From: Dermatophilaceae bacterium
Lineage (GTDB): Bacteria > Actinomycetota > Actinomycetes > Actinomycetales > Dermatophilaceae
Length of the DNA stretch: 64,000 nucleotides
NCBI GenBank assembly: GCA_014377705.1
Contig: JACMPC010000087.1
Coordinates: forward strand, 4,932-68,931
Direction of reading: 5' to 3'
Shown here: one piece after another, positions 49,990-58,719 of the stretch
How the letters are laid out: each line of letters starts with the position of its first letter
Numbering within the stretch: position 1 is the first letter of the stretch
Notes under the pieces: model-generated
The model's database searches: none
What the model was told of the DNA's origin: nothing
The model's input: the letters and a program-made list of their open reading frames with translations, nothing else
Program-made: the position numbers and the translations under genes

Positions 49990-50053
49990 ACGCGGTTTCC
50001 CCGGGCAGAGTGTCACGGAGCAGGGTCAACGCGTGCCCGGTAGCGTTCAGCGC
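49983..50053 (+). other. Nested stem-loop spanning the clpB stop codon to the lprG start codon
   Basis: GCGCTGAACGC (49983-49993) pairs with GCGTTCAGCGC (50043-50053), 11 bp perfect. An inner pair CCGGGCA/TGCCCGG lies within it. The structure covers the clpB TGA (49987-49989) and ends 1 nt before the lprG ATG (50054). Confidence 0.35.
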
Positions 50054-50782
50054 ATGCGACAGCGACTCTTGCGAACGCGCCCGTTGGCGATGGCGGTGCT
50101 GCTGGTGGCCATGCTCGCGGCCTGCAGCGGATCGGACCCGGCTGTGGACAAGACACCCACCGAGCAGCTGGCAGCGGCCAAGGTCGCACTCGACGCCGCG
50201 ACGTCGGTGCACCTGAGGCTGCGCTCGAGCGGCATCCCGGAGTCGGCCAACGGCGTGCTGGGCGCTGACGGCTCGGGCACCAGCGCCCCCGCGTTCAAGG
50301 GCACCCTGGAAGCGCGGATCAGCGGGTTCGGGGCCAAGGTCGAGGTGGTCGCGGTCGACAAGGTTCTCTATCTGAAGCTGCCGTTCACCACCGACTTCGT
50401 CCCGGCCGACCCGAAGAAGTACAGCGCCCCTGACCCCGCCCAGCTGTTCGCCAGGCAGGGTGGCATCTCCTCGCTGCTGACTGCGACGACGAACCCGGTC
50501 GAGGGCAAGAAGATCAGGGTGGGTCCCGACGTCCTGAAGACCATCACCGGGACCCTGCCAGGAGCCAGCGTCTCGAAGCTGCTCAACGTCGGAGACACCA
50601 CCAAGACCTTCAAGGTCACCTATGGCATCACTGAGCCCGCCGGCGAGCTGCGCACCGTGACCATGACCGGTCCGTTCTTCAAGGGCGCGACCTCCACCCC
50701 GGCGACCTCCACCCCGGCGACATCCACATACGCCCTCACGCTGGACAACTACGGCGCCCCGGTTGAGATCAGCAAGCCCTAG
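50054..50782 (+). CDS. lprG: LprG/LppX/LprA-family lipoprotein
   Basis: Signal peptide with lipobox LLVAMLAACSG. The mature domain resembles the LprG family (SVHLRL...GTLEARISGFGAKVEVVAVDKVLYLKLP). It is followed by an MFS gene, as in the mycobacterial lprG-p55 operon. Confidence 0.75.
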   Translation: MRQRLLRTRPLAMAVLLVAMLAACSGSDPAVDKTPTEQLAAAKVALDAATSVHLRLRSSGIPESANGVLGADGSGTSAPAFKGTLEARISGFGAKVEVVAVDKVLYLKLPFTTDFVPADPKKYSAPDPAQLFARQGGISSLLTATTNPVEGKKIRVGPDVLKTITGTLPGASVSKLLNVGDTTKTFKVTYGITEPAGELRTVTMTGPFFKGATSTPATSTPATSTYALTLDNYGAPVEISKP

Positions 50783-50783
50783 G

Positions 50784-52508
50784 GTGCTGCTGGCGACCGC
50801 GTCGGTCGCGGTCGCCCTTGCTTCGGCCGACACCTATGTCGTCGTCGTGGCCCTGCCGGACATGATGGCCGGGGTCGGCCTGGGGCTCGATGAGCTTCAG
50901 CGGGCGACGCCGGTCATCTCGGGCTTCCTGCTCGGCTACATCGCGGTCCTGCCACTGATCGGCCGGATCTCGGATCTCGTGTCACGCCAACGGATCCTGC
51001 TGTTCTGCCTCGCCCTCTTCGTGATCGGCTCGGCGATCACCGCGGTCTCGGTGGAGCTGCCGGTGCTGGTAGCCGGCAGGGTGCTGCAGGGCATCGGTGG
51101 CGGCGGGCTGGTGCCGGCGACGCTGGCGCTGGTGGCCGACCTCTGGCCCCCGCAGCGTCGCGGGACACCGCTGGGGGTGGTCGGCGCAGTCCAGGAGCTA
51201 GGCAGCGTGCTCGGTCCGCTGCTCGGTGCGGCCGTGCTCGCGGTGTCCGACTGGCGGCAAATCTTCTGGCTGAACGTCGTCCTCGGGACCGTCCTCGCGG
51301 CCATCCTGGCGCTGACCGGCGGGAGTGGCCGGCAACTTCAACCACGTGTCCTGCCAACGGTTCTGGGGTTGGCCACGGTGGCTTCAGGCCTGCTCACGCT
51401 GGCTGCGCCGGACGCCCTGGCCAGCGAGGTCACCCTCGGTATCCCGTTCGTCCCCTTCGCCGGCACCAGCCGTGTCGCGACCCCGCTGGGGGTGTTCACG
51501 CTCGCGCTGTTCCTGGCGTTCCTGGCGGTGAACGCGCGATCGCTGTCCGCCCTCCTGCGCCGGGTGGACCTGCTCGGAGCCTTCTGTATCGCCGCCGTCC
51601 TGGGTTCGCTGGTGCTTACCTTTGCTTCGGCCGATCCCGAGCGTGAGGTGGTGGGGCCGTGGGGTTGGGCGCTGGTCCCGCTGGGGCTGGTGGCGGTGGC
51701 CGGCTACCTCTGGAGGCACCGCGCCGCGCCCGACCCGCTCGTCCCCCGGGGCCTGATGACCGCCGGAGCGTCAGGGCGTCGTTCCACGCTGGTCCCCGCC
51801 CTGCTGGTCAGCACCCTGGTCGGGGTTGCCCTCGTGGCCGTCGTGGTCGAAATCCCGTTATTTGCCCGTCTGACGGTGACCGGGTCGCAGACCGCGGCCG
51901 CGCTGTTGCTGGTCCGGTTCCTGGTTGCCCTCCCGATCGGTGCCATCGCCGGAGGGTGGCTGCTGAACCGGATCGGTCCGGCCGTGCTGGCCTCCTCCGG
52001 CCTTGCCCTGGCCGGGTTCGGGCTGGCCCTGATGTCCGGTTGGGGGCATGGTTCGCTGCAGTCCTGGTCAACGACCCCGGTGCTGGCGCTGGCCGGTCTC
52101 GGCCTCGGGCTAGCACTCGCACCGGTCAATGCTGCCGCGCTCGCGGACGCGCCGGGCGACGCGCACGGGATAGTCAGCTCGCTGGTCGTGCTTGCCCGCA
52201 TGGTCGGGATGGTGGCCGGGCTCGCGCTGCTGACCGCCGTCGGACTGCGTCGCTATTACGCCACCGTCTCGGCGCTGCCGGACCAGGGCAACACCGCCGC
52301 ACTGGCTGCAGCGGGCGTGGTACAGGTTCAGACGGTCTTCCTGGGCGGGGCCATCGCTGCCTTTCTGGCGGCAGGTGTCGCGGTGGCTCTCAGCGGTCCC
52401 AGATCGCGTGGAAGTGGTGAACCGGTCCATGGCCGTGATCATGGTCGTCTGGGTCGTCTGGGTCGTCTGGGTCGTCTGGGTCGTCTGGGTCGTCTGGATC
52501 ATGGCTGA
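50784..52508 (+). CDS. 14-TM MFS drug/lipid efflux transporter (P55/Rv1410c-like position)
   Basis: DHA2-like MFS sequence (GRISDLVSRQRILLFCL, GRVLQGIGGGG). GTG 50784 lies 1 nt after the lprG stop. The track start is TTG 50763, in the same frame. The C-tail is GRL x6, encoded by the 9-bp repeat. Confidence 0.8.
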   Translation: MLLATASVAVALASADTYVVVVALPDMMAGVGLGLDELQRATPVISGFLLGYIAVLPLIGRISDLVSRQRILLFCLALFVIGSAITAVSVELPVLVAGRVLQGIGGGGLVPATLALVADLWPPQRRGTPLGVVGAVQELGSVLGPLLGAAVLAVSDWRQIFWLNVVLGTVLAAILALTGGSGRQLQPRVLPTVLGLATVASGLLTLAAPDALASEVTLGIPFVPFAGTSRVATPLGVFTLALFLAFLAVNARSLSALLRRVDLLGAFCIAAVLGSLVLTFASADPEREVVGPWGWALVPLGLVAVAGYLWRHRAAPDPLVPRGLMTAGASGRRSTLVPALLVSTLVGVALVAVVVEIPLFARLTVTGSQTAAALLLVRFLVALPIGAIAGGWLLNRIGPAVLASSGLALAGFGLALMSGWGHGSLQSWSTTPVLALAGLGLGLALAPVNAAALADAPGDAHGIVSSLVVLARMVGMVAGLALLTAVGLRRYYATVSALPDQGNTAALAAAGVVQVQTVFLGGAIAAFLAAGVAVALSGPRSRGSGEPVHGRDHGRLGRLGRLGRLGRLGRLDHG

Positions 52509-53280
52509 TCTCGAGGACGTCCGCCGCGGCCAGCGCAGCGGTGAGATAGCTCTTGGCGTCCCGTGCCGCCCCGAGCCAGGAGTCTCGCTGGGGGCGCAGG
52601 GCTGCCAGCGCTGAGGACAGGGTGCACCCGGTGCCATGGGTGTTCCTCGTGTCGACTCGCCGCGCGCGCAGCAACGACTCTGAGTCGATGTCGAGGAACA
52701 GGTCCACCGCATCGGGGTCGTCGAGGCGGTGACCGCCCTTGAGGAGGACCCGGCGGGCGCCGAGGTCCTGCAGAGCGGTCGCCTGACGTCGCATCTCCGC
52801 CAGGGTCGCGGCGGGCCCGGTGTCGAGAAGGGCCGCCGCCTCGGCGATGTTCGGGGTGATGACCGAGGCCAGCGGCATCAGGTCACGCATGGCCTGGACC
52901 GCATCGTCGTCGAGGAGCCGATCGCCGCTGGTGGCGATCATCACCGGGTCAAGAACTACGTGTCCACCTTGGCCACCTTGGTTCCTTCGGCTTCGGAGGA
53001 AGTCCCCGACGGTCGCGACGATCTCGGCGTTGGCGAGCATGCCGATCTTGATCGTGTCGAGCCGCACATCAGCGGCCAGGGTCTGGAGCTGCTGTGCGAC
53101 GAACTCGGCTGGTACGAAGTGCACTCCGCTCACCCCCCGGGTGTTCTGCGCGGTAAGCGCGGTGATCACGGCCGTGCCGTAGGCGCCCAGCGCCGAGAAC
53201 GTCTTGAGGTCTGCCTGGATGCCGGCGCCACCGGATGGGTCGCTGCCCGCGATCGTCAGTGCCACAGGTGGGCGGGTCAT
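52390..53280 (-). CDS. thiD: Hydroxymethylpyrimidine / phosphomethylpyrimidine kinase
   Basis: LTIAGSDPSGGAGIQADLKTFSALG, KIGMLA, TRNTHGTGCTLSSA and C-terminal GHGPVHHFH. ATG 53280 overlaps the thiE stop as ATGA. Confidence 0.9.
   Translation of the reverse strand: MTRPPVALTIAGSDPSGGAGIQADLKTFSALGAYGTAVITALTAQNTRGVSGVHFVPAEFVAQQLQTLAADVRLDTIKIGMLANAEIVATVGDFLRSRRNQGGQGGHVVLDPVMIATSGDRLLDDDAVQAMRDLMPLASVITPNIAEAAALLDTGPAATLAEMRRQATALQDLGARRVLLKGGHRLDDPDAVDLFLDIDSESLLRARRVDTRNTHGTGCTLSSALAALRPQRDSWLGAARDAKSYLTAALAAADVLEISHDPDDPDDPDDPDDPDDPDDHDHGHGPVHHFHAIWDR
52443..52496. repeat. 6 x 9-bp perfect tandem repeat (ggtcgtctg), coding on both strands
   Basis: It reads GRLGRLGRLGRLGRLGRL in the MFS frame (+) and DDPDDPDDPDDPDDPDDP in the thiD frame (-). 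Confidence 0.95.
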
Positions 53281-53936
53281 GCCGCGGTTCCGTCCCAGGC
53301 AGCGCGCAGCGCGCGGGTGGCCCCCGCCACGTCTGGCTGGCCACAGATGGCACTGACGACAGCCGCGCCCGCAGCCACTGCCCGCCGGACCTGCGGCAGA
53401 CGCTCGAGGGTGATGCCGCCGATCGCGACGCAGGGCCACGGGCTCGACGCCGTGATCTGGCAAAGTCGTTCCAGGCCTCCTGGCGCGGCGGCGTCGAGCT
53501 TTGTCGTGGTACCCCAGACCGGTCCGACGCCGAGATAGTCCACCGTTCCCCCGGCATGGTCACGGGCCGCCTGAACATGTTCGAGGGTCTGCGCCGACAA
53601 CCCCAGGTATGCCGCCGGGCCGAGCAGTGCGCGGGCCTTCTCGACGCCAAGGTCGCCCTGCCCGACGTGCGCGCCCTGGGCCCCCATGGCGTCGACGAGA
53701 TGGACCCGGTCATTGACGATCAGAGGCACACCGGTGCCCTCGAGTACCGCACAGATCTGACGACCCATACGCACCAGGTCGTCGTCGCCGGCCTGCTCGT
53801 CCCGCAGCTGGACCACCGTGACACCCGCGCCGACTGCCGCCGACACCGTTGCCGCAACACCGAGCTGCCCGCACAGGACGGTGTCCGTCACGAGGTAGAG
53901 CGAGAGGTCAAGGTGCCTTGTCACACGCTGAAGCAT
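53277..53936 (-). CDS. thiE: Thiamine-phosphate synthase
   Basis: LYLVTD, VVQLRDE, LIVNDRVHL, GAHVGQGD, DYLGVGPVWGTTTK, VAIGGI. The start ATG 53936 lies 2 nt after the thiM stop. Confidence 0.9.
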   Translation of the reverse strand: MLQRVTRHLDLSLYLVTDTVLCGQLGVAATVSAAVGAGVTVVQLRDEQAGDDDLVRMGRQICAVLEGTGVPLIVNDRVHLVDAMGAQGAHVGQGDLGVEKARALLGPAAYLGLSAQTLEHVQAARDHAGGTVDYLGVGPVWGTTTKLDAAAPGGLERLCQITASSPWPCVAIGGITLERLPQVRRAVAAGAAVVSAICGQPDVAGATRALRAAWDGTAA

Positions 53937-53938
53937 CC

Positions 53939-54748
53939 TCAGCTCAGCCTCACTCGTTCGGCCAGGTCTGCGGGCTGGATCAGGGCGAGCTCGTCCAGCA
54001 GGGCAACGGAGAAGCTGCCTGGCCCTGCGCTGCGCGCGGCGGCTGAGTCGGCGGGAACGGTCAACGTCGCGGTTGCCGCAGACGCGGCCACCACGGCATC
54101 CGGCACGACGGCGGCGAAGGCGGCCATCAGGGCACCGAGAGCACATCCACCGCCGGTGACCCGGGTGAGCCAGGGGTGGCCGTTGGAGATGCGGACCATT
54201 CGGCTGCCGTCGGTGATGTGGTCGGTCGGACCGCTCACCGCAACAACGGACTGGTGCCGGTCGGCCAGGGCCATCGCCCCCTGCGCGGCGGCCTCGGGGG
54301 AGTCCAGCGACTCGACCCCCCGCCCGCCGGAGCCCCCGGTCAGCGCCAGGATCTCTGAGGCGTTGCCGCGGATGATGGTCGGCCGTGACTCGTCGCAGAG
54401 CTGGTGCGCCAGACTGGTGCGCCACTCCAGGGCCCCGACCGCGACCGGGTCGAGCACCCAGGGGGTTCGGGCACGCGCGGCACCGGTGAGGGCCAGCGAC
54501 ATCGCCGCTGCCGTGTCGTCATACGGCGTGCCGAGGTTGACCAGCAGTCCTTCTGCGATGGCGGCGAACTCGCCTGCCTCGTGGGGGTTGTCGACCATGG
54601 CGGGAGCGGCGCCCACCGCGAGCAGGACGTTGGCCGTCCAGCCCGCCACCACGATGTTGGTCAGGCACTGGACCAGGGGTGCGCCATCGCGCAAGGCGGC
54701 CAGGGCCTCTCCGAGATCCTGCGGGGTGACCGGGGCAGGAGTAGTCAC
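53939..54748 (-). CDS. thiM: Hydroxyethylthiazole kinase
   Basis: [57 protein letters not shown] 54748 overlaps the xthA TGA (GTGA). Confidence 0.85.
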   Translation of the reverse strand: MTTPAPVTPQDLGEALAALRDGAPLVQCLTNIVVAGWTANVLLAVGAAPAMVDNPHEAGEFAAIAEGLLVNLGTPYDDTAAAMSLALTGAARARTPWVLDPVAVGALEWRTSLAHQLCDESRPTIIRGNASEILALTGGSGGRGVESLDSPEAAAQGAMALADRHQSVVAVSGPTDHITDGSRMVRISNGHPWLTRVTGGGCALGALMAAFAAVVPDAVVAASAATATLTVPADSAAARSAGPGSFSVALLDELALIQPADLAERVRLS

Positions 54749-55551
54749 GATGCGACCGGCCCGTCCGAGAGGTCGACGATGACGGGCACGTGGTCGCTGG
54801 CCAGCTTGCCCTTGCGCTCCTCGCGGTCGAAGGAGGCGCCCTTCACCCTGGTGCTCAGGGCCGGGGAGCCCAGCACGAAGTCGATCCGCATGCCCTTGCG
54901 CTTGGGGAAGCTGAGCTGCTGATAGTCCCAGTAGGTGTAGAGCCCCGGCCCCGGGGTGTGCGCCCGGGCGACGTCGGCGAACCCGGCACCGACGATCGCC
55001 TGGAACGCCGCGCGCTCCGGTGCCGAGACATGGGTGCTGTCCGCGAAGACGTCCATGTCCCAGACGTCCTCGTCCTGCGGGGCGATGTTCCAGTCGCCGA
55101 CCAGGGCGATCTGGGCGCCCGGGTCCGCGGCCAGCCAGCCCGTGGCGGCCAGGCGCAGGCGCTCGAGCCACTCCAGCTTGTAGGCCAGGTGCGGATCGCG
55201 GAGGGACCGGCCGTTGGGCACGTACAGCGACCAGATCCGGACGCCCCCGCAGGTGGCCCCCAGAGCACGGGCCTCGTGAACCGGCGGGTCACCCCACGCC
55301 GGCATGTGGGGGAAGCCGACCTCGACGTCGGTCAGGCCGACCCGGGACAGGATCGCGACGCCGTTCCACTGGTTCAGCCCGTGGTGGGCCACCTCGTAGC
55401 CGGCGGCGGTCAGCCGTTCCATCGGGAACTGCGACTCCTTGGCCTTGGTCTCCTGGATCGCCAGGACGTCGCAGTCGCTTCGTTCGAGCCAGGCCTCCAG
55501 CCGGTCGATCCTTGAGCGGATAGAGTTCACGTTCCAGGTAGCAATGCGCAC
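54745..55551 (-). CDS. xthA: Exodeoxyribonuclease III (AP endonuclease)
   Basis: [49 protein letters not shown] 55551 gives the canonical (M)RIATWNVN start. In-frame ATGs at 55590 and 55608 are alternatives. Confidence 0.85.
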   Translation of the reverse strand: MRIATWNVNSIRSRIDRLEAWLERSDCDVLAIQETKAKESQFPMERLTAAGYEVAHHGLNQWNGVAILSRVGLTDVEVGFPHMPAWGDPPVHEARALGATCGGVRIWSLYVPNGRSLRDPHLAYKLEWLERLRLAATGWLAADPGAQIALVGDWNIAPQDEDVWDMDVFADSTHVSAPERAAFQAIVGAGFADVARAHTPGPGLYTYWDYQQLSFPKRKGMRIDFVLGSPALSTRVKGASFDREERKGKLASDHVPVIVDLSDGPVAS

Positions 55552-55588
55552 ATCAACGATCTTAGGAGCGCAGCCCCCCTTGCCCGAC

Positions 55589-56365
55589 ATGCGAACCGCA
55601 CTCGTCACCGGCGCGACCTCCGGAATCGGACATGCCTTCTGCCGCGAGCTGGCCGAGCAAGGCTACGATCTGGTGATCGTGGCGCGCCACCGGGCCCGGC
55701 TGGAGAACGTCTCCGACGAGCTGCGCGCCCGGTACGCGGTCGACGTCGAGATCCTCGCGGCCGACCTGTCCCAACGGGCTCAGCTGCAGCGAGTTGCCGA
55801 CCGCCTCGCCGATCGTGACCGTCCCATCAACATGCTGGTGAACAACGCCGGCTTCGGCATGAGCCGGAGCTTCCTCAAGGGCGAGCTGGCCGACGAGGAG
55901 GCCATGCTGGATGTCCTGTGCCGGGCTGTGCTGGTGCTGTCCCATGCGGGCGCCCTGTCGATGAAGGAACGTGGACGCGGTCACGTCATCAACGTGTCGT
56001 CGGTGGCCGGGTTCGTGCCGACGGGCACCTATGGCGCGGCGAAGGCCTGGGTGACGGCCTTCACCGAGTCCCTCGCCCAGGAGCTGTCCGGCTCTGGTGT
56101 ATCGGCGACCGCGCTGTGCCCCGGATTCACCCATACCGACTTCCACGAGCGCGCCGATGTCGACGTGTCCAGGCTACCCAGGGTGCTGTGGCTCGAGGCG
56201 GACTCTCTCGTGCGGGACTGCCTGGAAGACGTCAAGGCAGGCAAGGTCATCTCGGTCCCGGGACTGCAGTACAAGGTGATCGCCGGAGTCGCCCAGCTCA
56301 TGCCGCACAGTCTTCTGCGCGCCATCTCCAGCCGGGCCGACTCCCTGCGCCGTCGCAAGAGGTAG
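55589..56365 (+). CDS. Short-chain dehydrogenase/reductase (SDR)
   Basis: TALVTGATSGIGHAF, NNAG and the catalytic Y..AAK motif (YGAAKAW). Confidence 0.85.
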   Translation: MRTALVTGATSGIGHAFCRELAEQGYDLVIVARHRARLENVSDELRARYAVDVEILAADLSQRAQLQRVADRLADRDRPINMLVNNAGFGMSRSFLKGELADEEAMLDVLCRAVLVLSHAGALSMKERGRGHVINVSSVAGFVPTGTYGAAKAWVTAFTESLAQELSGSGVSATALCPGFTHTDFHERADVDVSRLPRVLWLEADSLVRDCLEDVKAGKVISVPGLQYKVIAGVAQLMPHSLLRAISSRADSLRRRKR

Positions 56366-56506
56366 CCGCTCCCGAGGCAACGCTGGCCTCTTCGAACAGT
56401 GGCCGGCACGGTTAGGCTCAGGCTCGTGACTGGCCCCATCGATACCCCTGATACCACTAATACCACTAATACCACTGACAACGGTCCCGCCACCCTCTCG
56501 TCGGGC

Positions 56507-57049
56507 ATGTCGCCGCGCGTGCGCCTGCTCGAGCTGATCAGGGCCAAAGCCGTCGTGCACGGCAAGGTGACCCTGTCCTCCGGCCGCGAGGCTGACTACT
56601 ACGTCGACCTGCGCCGGATCACTCTCGACGGCGAGGCTGCGCCCCTGGTGGGTCAGGTCATGAACGAGCTGACCAGGGACCTCGACTTCGACGCGGTGGG
56701 AGGACCCACCCTGGGAGCCGACCCGGTGGCCACGGCGATGCTGCATGCCGCCGCCACCGACGGCCGGCGCCTGGATGCCTTCGTCGTGCGCAAGGCCGGC
56801 AAGGCCCACGGCCTCCAGCAGCGCATCGAGGGGCCGTCGATCACGGGACGCCGGGTGGTCATCGTCGAGGACACCACGACCACCGGAGCCTCGCCGCTGG
56901 ACGCCGTGGCCGCGGCCCGCGAGGAGGGCGCCGAGGTGGTCGCGGTGGCGACGATCGCCGACCGCGCGACTGGCGCGAAGGAGAAGTTGGAGGCTGAGGG
57001 CCTGACGTATGTGACGGCATACAGCCTGCAGGAGCTTGGTCTGGGCTGA
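56507..57049 (+). CDS. pyrE: Orotate phosphoribosyltransferase
   Basis: GKVTLSSGREADYYVDLR and the PRPP loop VVIVEDTTTTGAS. The start is set at ATG 56507. The 36 upstream codons of the track ORF are non-homologous and contain a 9-bp repeat. Confidence 0.9.
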   Translation: MSPRVRLLELIRAKAVVHGKVTLSSGREADYYVDLRRITLDGEAAPLVGQVMNELTRDLDFDAVGGPTLGADPVATAMLHAAATDGRRLDAFVVRKAGKAHGLQQRIEGPSITGRRVVIVEDTTTTGASPLDAVAAAREEGAEVVAVATIADRATGAKEKLEAEGLTYVTAYSLQELGLG

Positions 57050-57093
57050 CGGTGCGGCTACGTGCGGGCCGCAGCGACGACTGATCCGGCGGT

Positions 57094-57432
57094 TCAGGTC
57101 GGGCCGAGAGCGCCGGCCTGGGGCGGGCTGGCGTCTGGGTTCTTGAGCTCGACGAAGATGACGTGGGTGGGGGTGTCGCCGATGTTGTGTCCGGCGTGCT
57201 GCTGGGCCGGGAGCCAGCTGGTCGATTCCGCCGGGATCTCGACGTCCCGCTCCTGGTCCCCTGCGTACAGGCGCCTGCGGAACGAGCTCAGGGTGACCAT
57301 GACGCTGTTCGGGTGCTCGTGGGGGGTCGTGCGGTCACCAGGCTGGTCGAGGTATTCCAGGACGCGCACCTGGTCATTCTCGAACACCACCGAGTAGTGG
57401 TCAGGGTTGGTGGCTACCGGGTCGAGTGTCAT
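57094..57432 (-). CDS. Cupin-domain protein
   Basis: 112 aa containing PGDRTTPHEHPNSVMV ... WLPAQQHAGHNIGDTPTHVIFVE, the two cupin motifs. Confidence 0.65.
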   Translation of the reverse strand: MTLDPVATNPDHYSVVFENDQVRVLEYLDQPGDRTTPHEHPNSVMVTLSSFRRRLYAGDQERDVEIPAESTSWLPAQQHAGHNIGDTPTHVIFVELKNPDASPPQAGALGPT

Positions 57433-57481
57433 GGCCCCACCCTCTTACGGGTGTCCGTCCCCGTCCAGTGGTCGGATCTGT

Positions 57482-57495
57482 TCTATATATATAGA
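57482..57495. promoter_or_regulatory. AT-only perfect palindrome TCTATATATATAGA in the cupin / padR divergent spacer
   Basis: A 14-bp perfect palindrome in an otherwise GC-rich 71-bp divergent intergenic region, 9 nt upstream of the padR ATG. Confidence 0.3.
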
Positions 57496-57503
57496 TTTAG
57501 CGC

Positions 57504-57770
57504 ATGAGCGCAGCGCTGCGGCGAACGCCGGCCGTGGTTGATGTCCTGGGTTGTCTGCTGGGTGCCGATGAGGCGATCTGGGGCCTCAACATCTCTGCCA
57601 CGACCGGGTGGCCTACCGGGACCGTCTATCCACTGCTGGTTCGCCTTGAGCAGGCCGCGCTGGTGACCTCCGACTGGGAGGTGGCCAACGATCGGCCTGG
57701 TCCCCGCCGCCGGCTCTATGCCCTGACCCCGCAGGGCCACGACTGGGCGGACAGGCTGTGCGCGGCGTAG
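57504..57770 (+). CDS. PadR-family transcriptional regulator
   Basis: TGWPTGTVYPLLVRLEQAALVTSDWE...RRRLYALTPQG is the PadR wHTH signature. Confidence 0.75.
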   Translation: MSAALRRTPAVVDVLGCLLGADEAIWGLNISATTGWPTGTVYPLLVRLEQAALVTSDWEVANDRPGPRRRLYALTPQGHDWADRLCAA

Positions 57771-58003
57771 ACACCGGCTCGACCCTCTCCGGTGCCGGTG
57801 CCGGGGGCGGGCGCCGGGCAACGGGCGCCTGGGCTCTGGTCGTTGCCATCCTGCCCATTTTCCTGCAGTTCGCCTATGTCACCTTCTGGGCCGCTCTCGC
57901 AGTCACCGTCATCCGCAGGGCCTCCGGTGCTGCTCGGCTGAGCGATGCTGGTCAGAGGGTGACCGGAGACGGACGGAGACGGACCGAGACCGATGGAGAC
58001 TGA
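57758..58003 (+). CDS. Possible small membrane protein downstream of padR
   Basis: 81-aa ORF with a GTG start that overlaps the padR end. One or two hydrophobic helices (WALVVAILPIFLQFAYVTFWAALAVTVI). No homology recognised. Confidence 0.25.
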   Translation: MRGVDTGSTLSGAGAGGGRRATGAWALVVAILPIFLQFAYVTFWAALAVTVIRRASGAARLSDAGQRVTGDGRRRTETDGD

Positions 58004-58642
58004 CTAGAGGGTGGCCTTGCTGCGGTTGATCCGGTGGCGCACGTACTCCACGCCCACCGGGATCAGCGAAACTGCCACGATCGCAACGATGGCGAGCTCC
58101 AGCTTGTCCTGAAGCACGGGAAAGGCCTGGCCGAGGAAGTAGCCGAGCAGCGTGATGCCGGTTGCCCACATGACCGCGCCCACGGCGCTCCAGGTGAAGA
58201 ACCGGCGCCGGTCCATCCTGCCCACTCCCGCCACCACGGTGATGAACGTGCGCACGATCGGCACGAAGCGACCGAGGACCAGCGCCGTGTTGCCGTACTT
58301 GTCGAAGAACACCGTCGTCTGGTCGAAGTGCTTCCGCTTCAGGATCCGCCCGTCACGGTGGTATATCGGCGGACCGACGGCGCGACCGATCTCATATCCC
58401 ACGACGTTGCCCGCGAAGGCCGCGACGCTGAAGATCACGCAGGCCACCGCGATGTTGATGTGGATACTGCCGTTGGCGATGAACAGTCCCGCCGCGAAAA
58501 GCAGGGAGTCGCCCGGAAGGATGGGGAACAGCAGGCCGCACTCGATGAAGACGATGACGACGCCAACCCAGAAGAACAGTGAGCCGAACTGGTCGAGCAG
58601 GTACTGGGGATCCATCCAGTTGGGTCCGAGGGAGTGCATCAC
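58004..58642 (-). CDS. DedA-family membrane protein
   Basis: FIECGLLFPILPGDSLLFAAGLF and RFVPIVRTFITVVAGV are DedA/SNARE-associated signatures. Confidence 0.85.
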   Translation of the reverse strand: MMHSLGPNWMDPQYLLDQFGSLFFWVGVVIVFIECGLLFPILPGDSLLFAAGLFIANGSIHINIAVACVIFSVAAFAGNVVGYEIGRAVGPPIYHRDGRILKRKHFDQTTVFFDKYGNTALVLGRFVPIVRTFITVVAGVGRMDRRRFFTWSAVGAVMWATGITLLGYFLGQAFPVLQDKLELAIVAIVAVSLIPVGVEYVRHRINRSKATL

Positions 58643-58719
58643 AGCCCCGAGCGTAGGCGTAGTGCGGGTCGGCGACCTACTTCACCTCATACTTGGAAGA
58701 ACCGACGGGAGCCTGAGCG

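Noticed and set aside
50763-50783. TTG 50763 as the start of the MFS gene (20-nt overlap with lprG)
   Set aside because: The in-frame GTG 50784 lies 1 nt after the lprG stop and gives a cleaner coupled arrangement. The difference is only 7 codons and cannot be resolved from sequence alone.
56399-56506. An N-terminal extension of pyrE containing a 9-bp x3 repeat (ataccacta at 56451-56477, TTNTTNTTD)
   Set aside because: OPRTase homology begins at Met 56507, 19 residues before the GKVTLSSG motif, as in other PyrE proteins. The repeat is more likely 5'-UTR or promoter DNA. It is noted as another triplet-multiple repeat, but there is no evidence for function.
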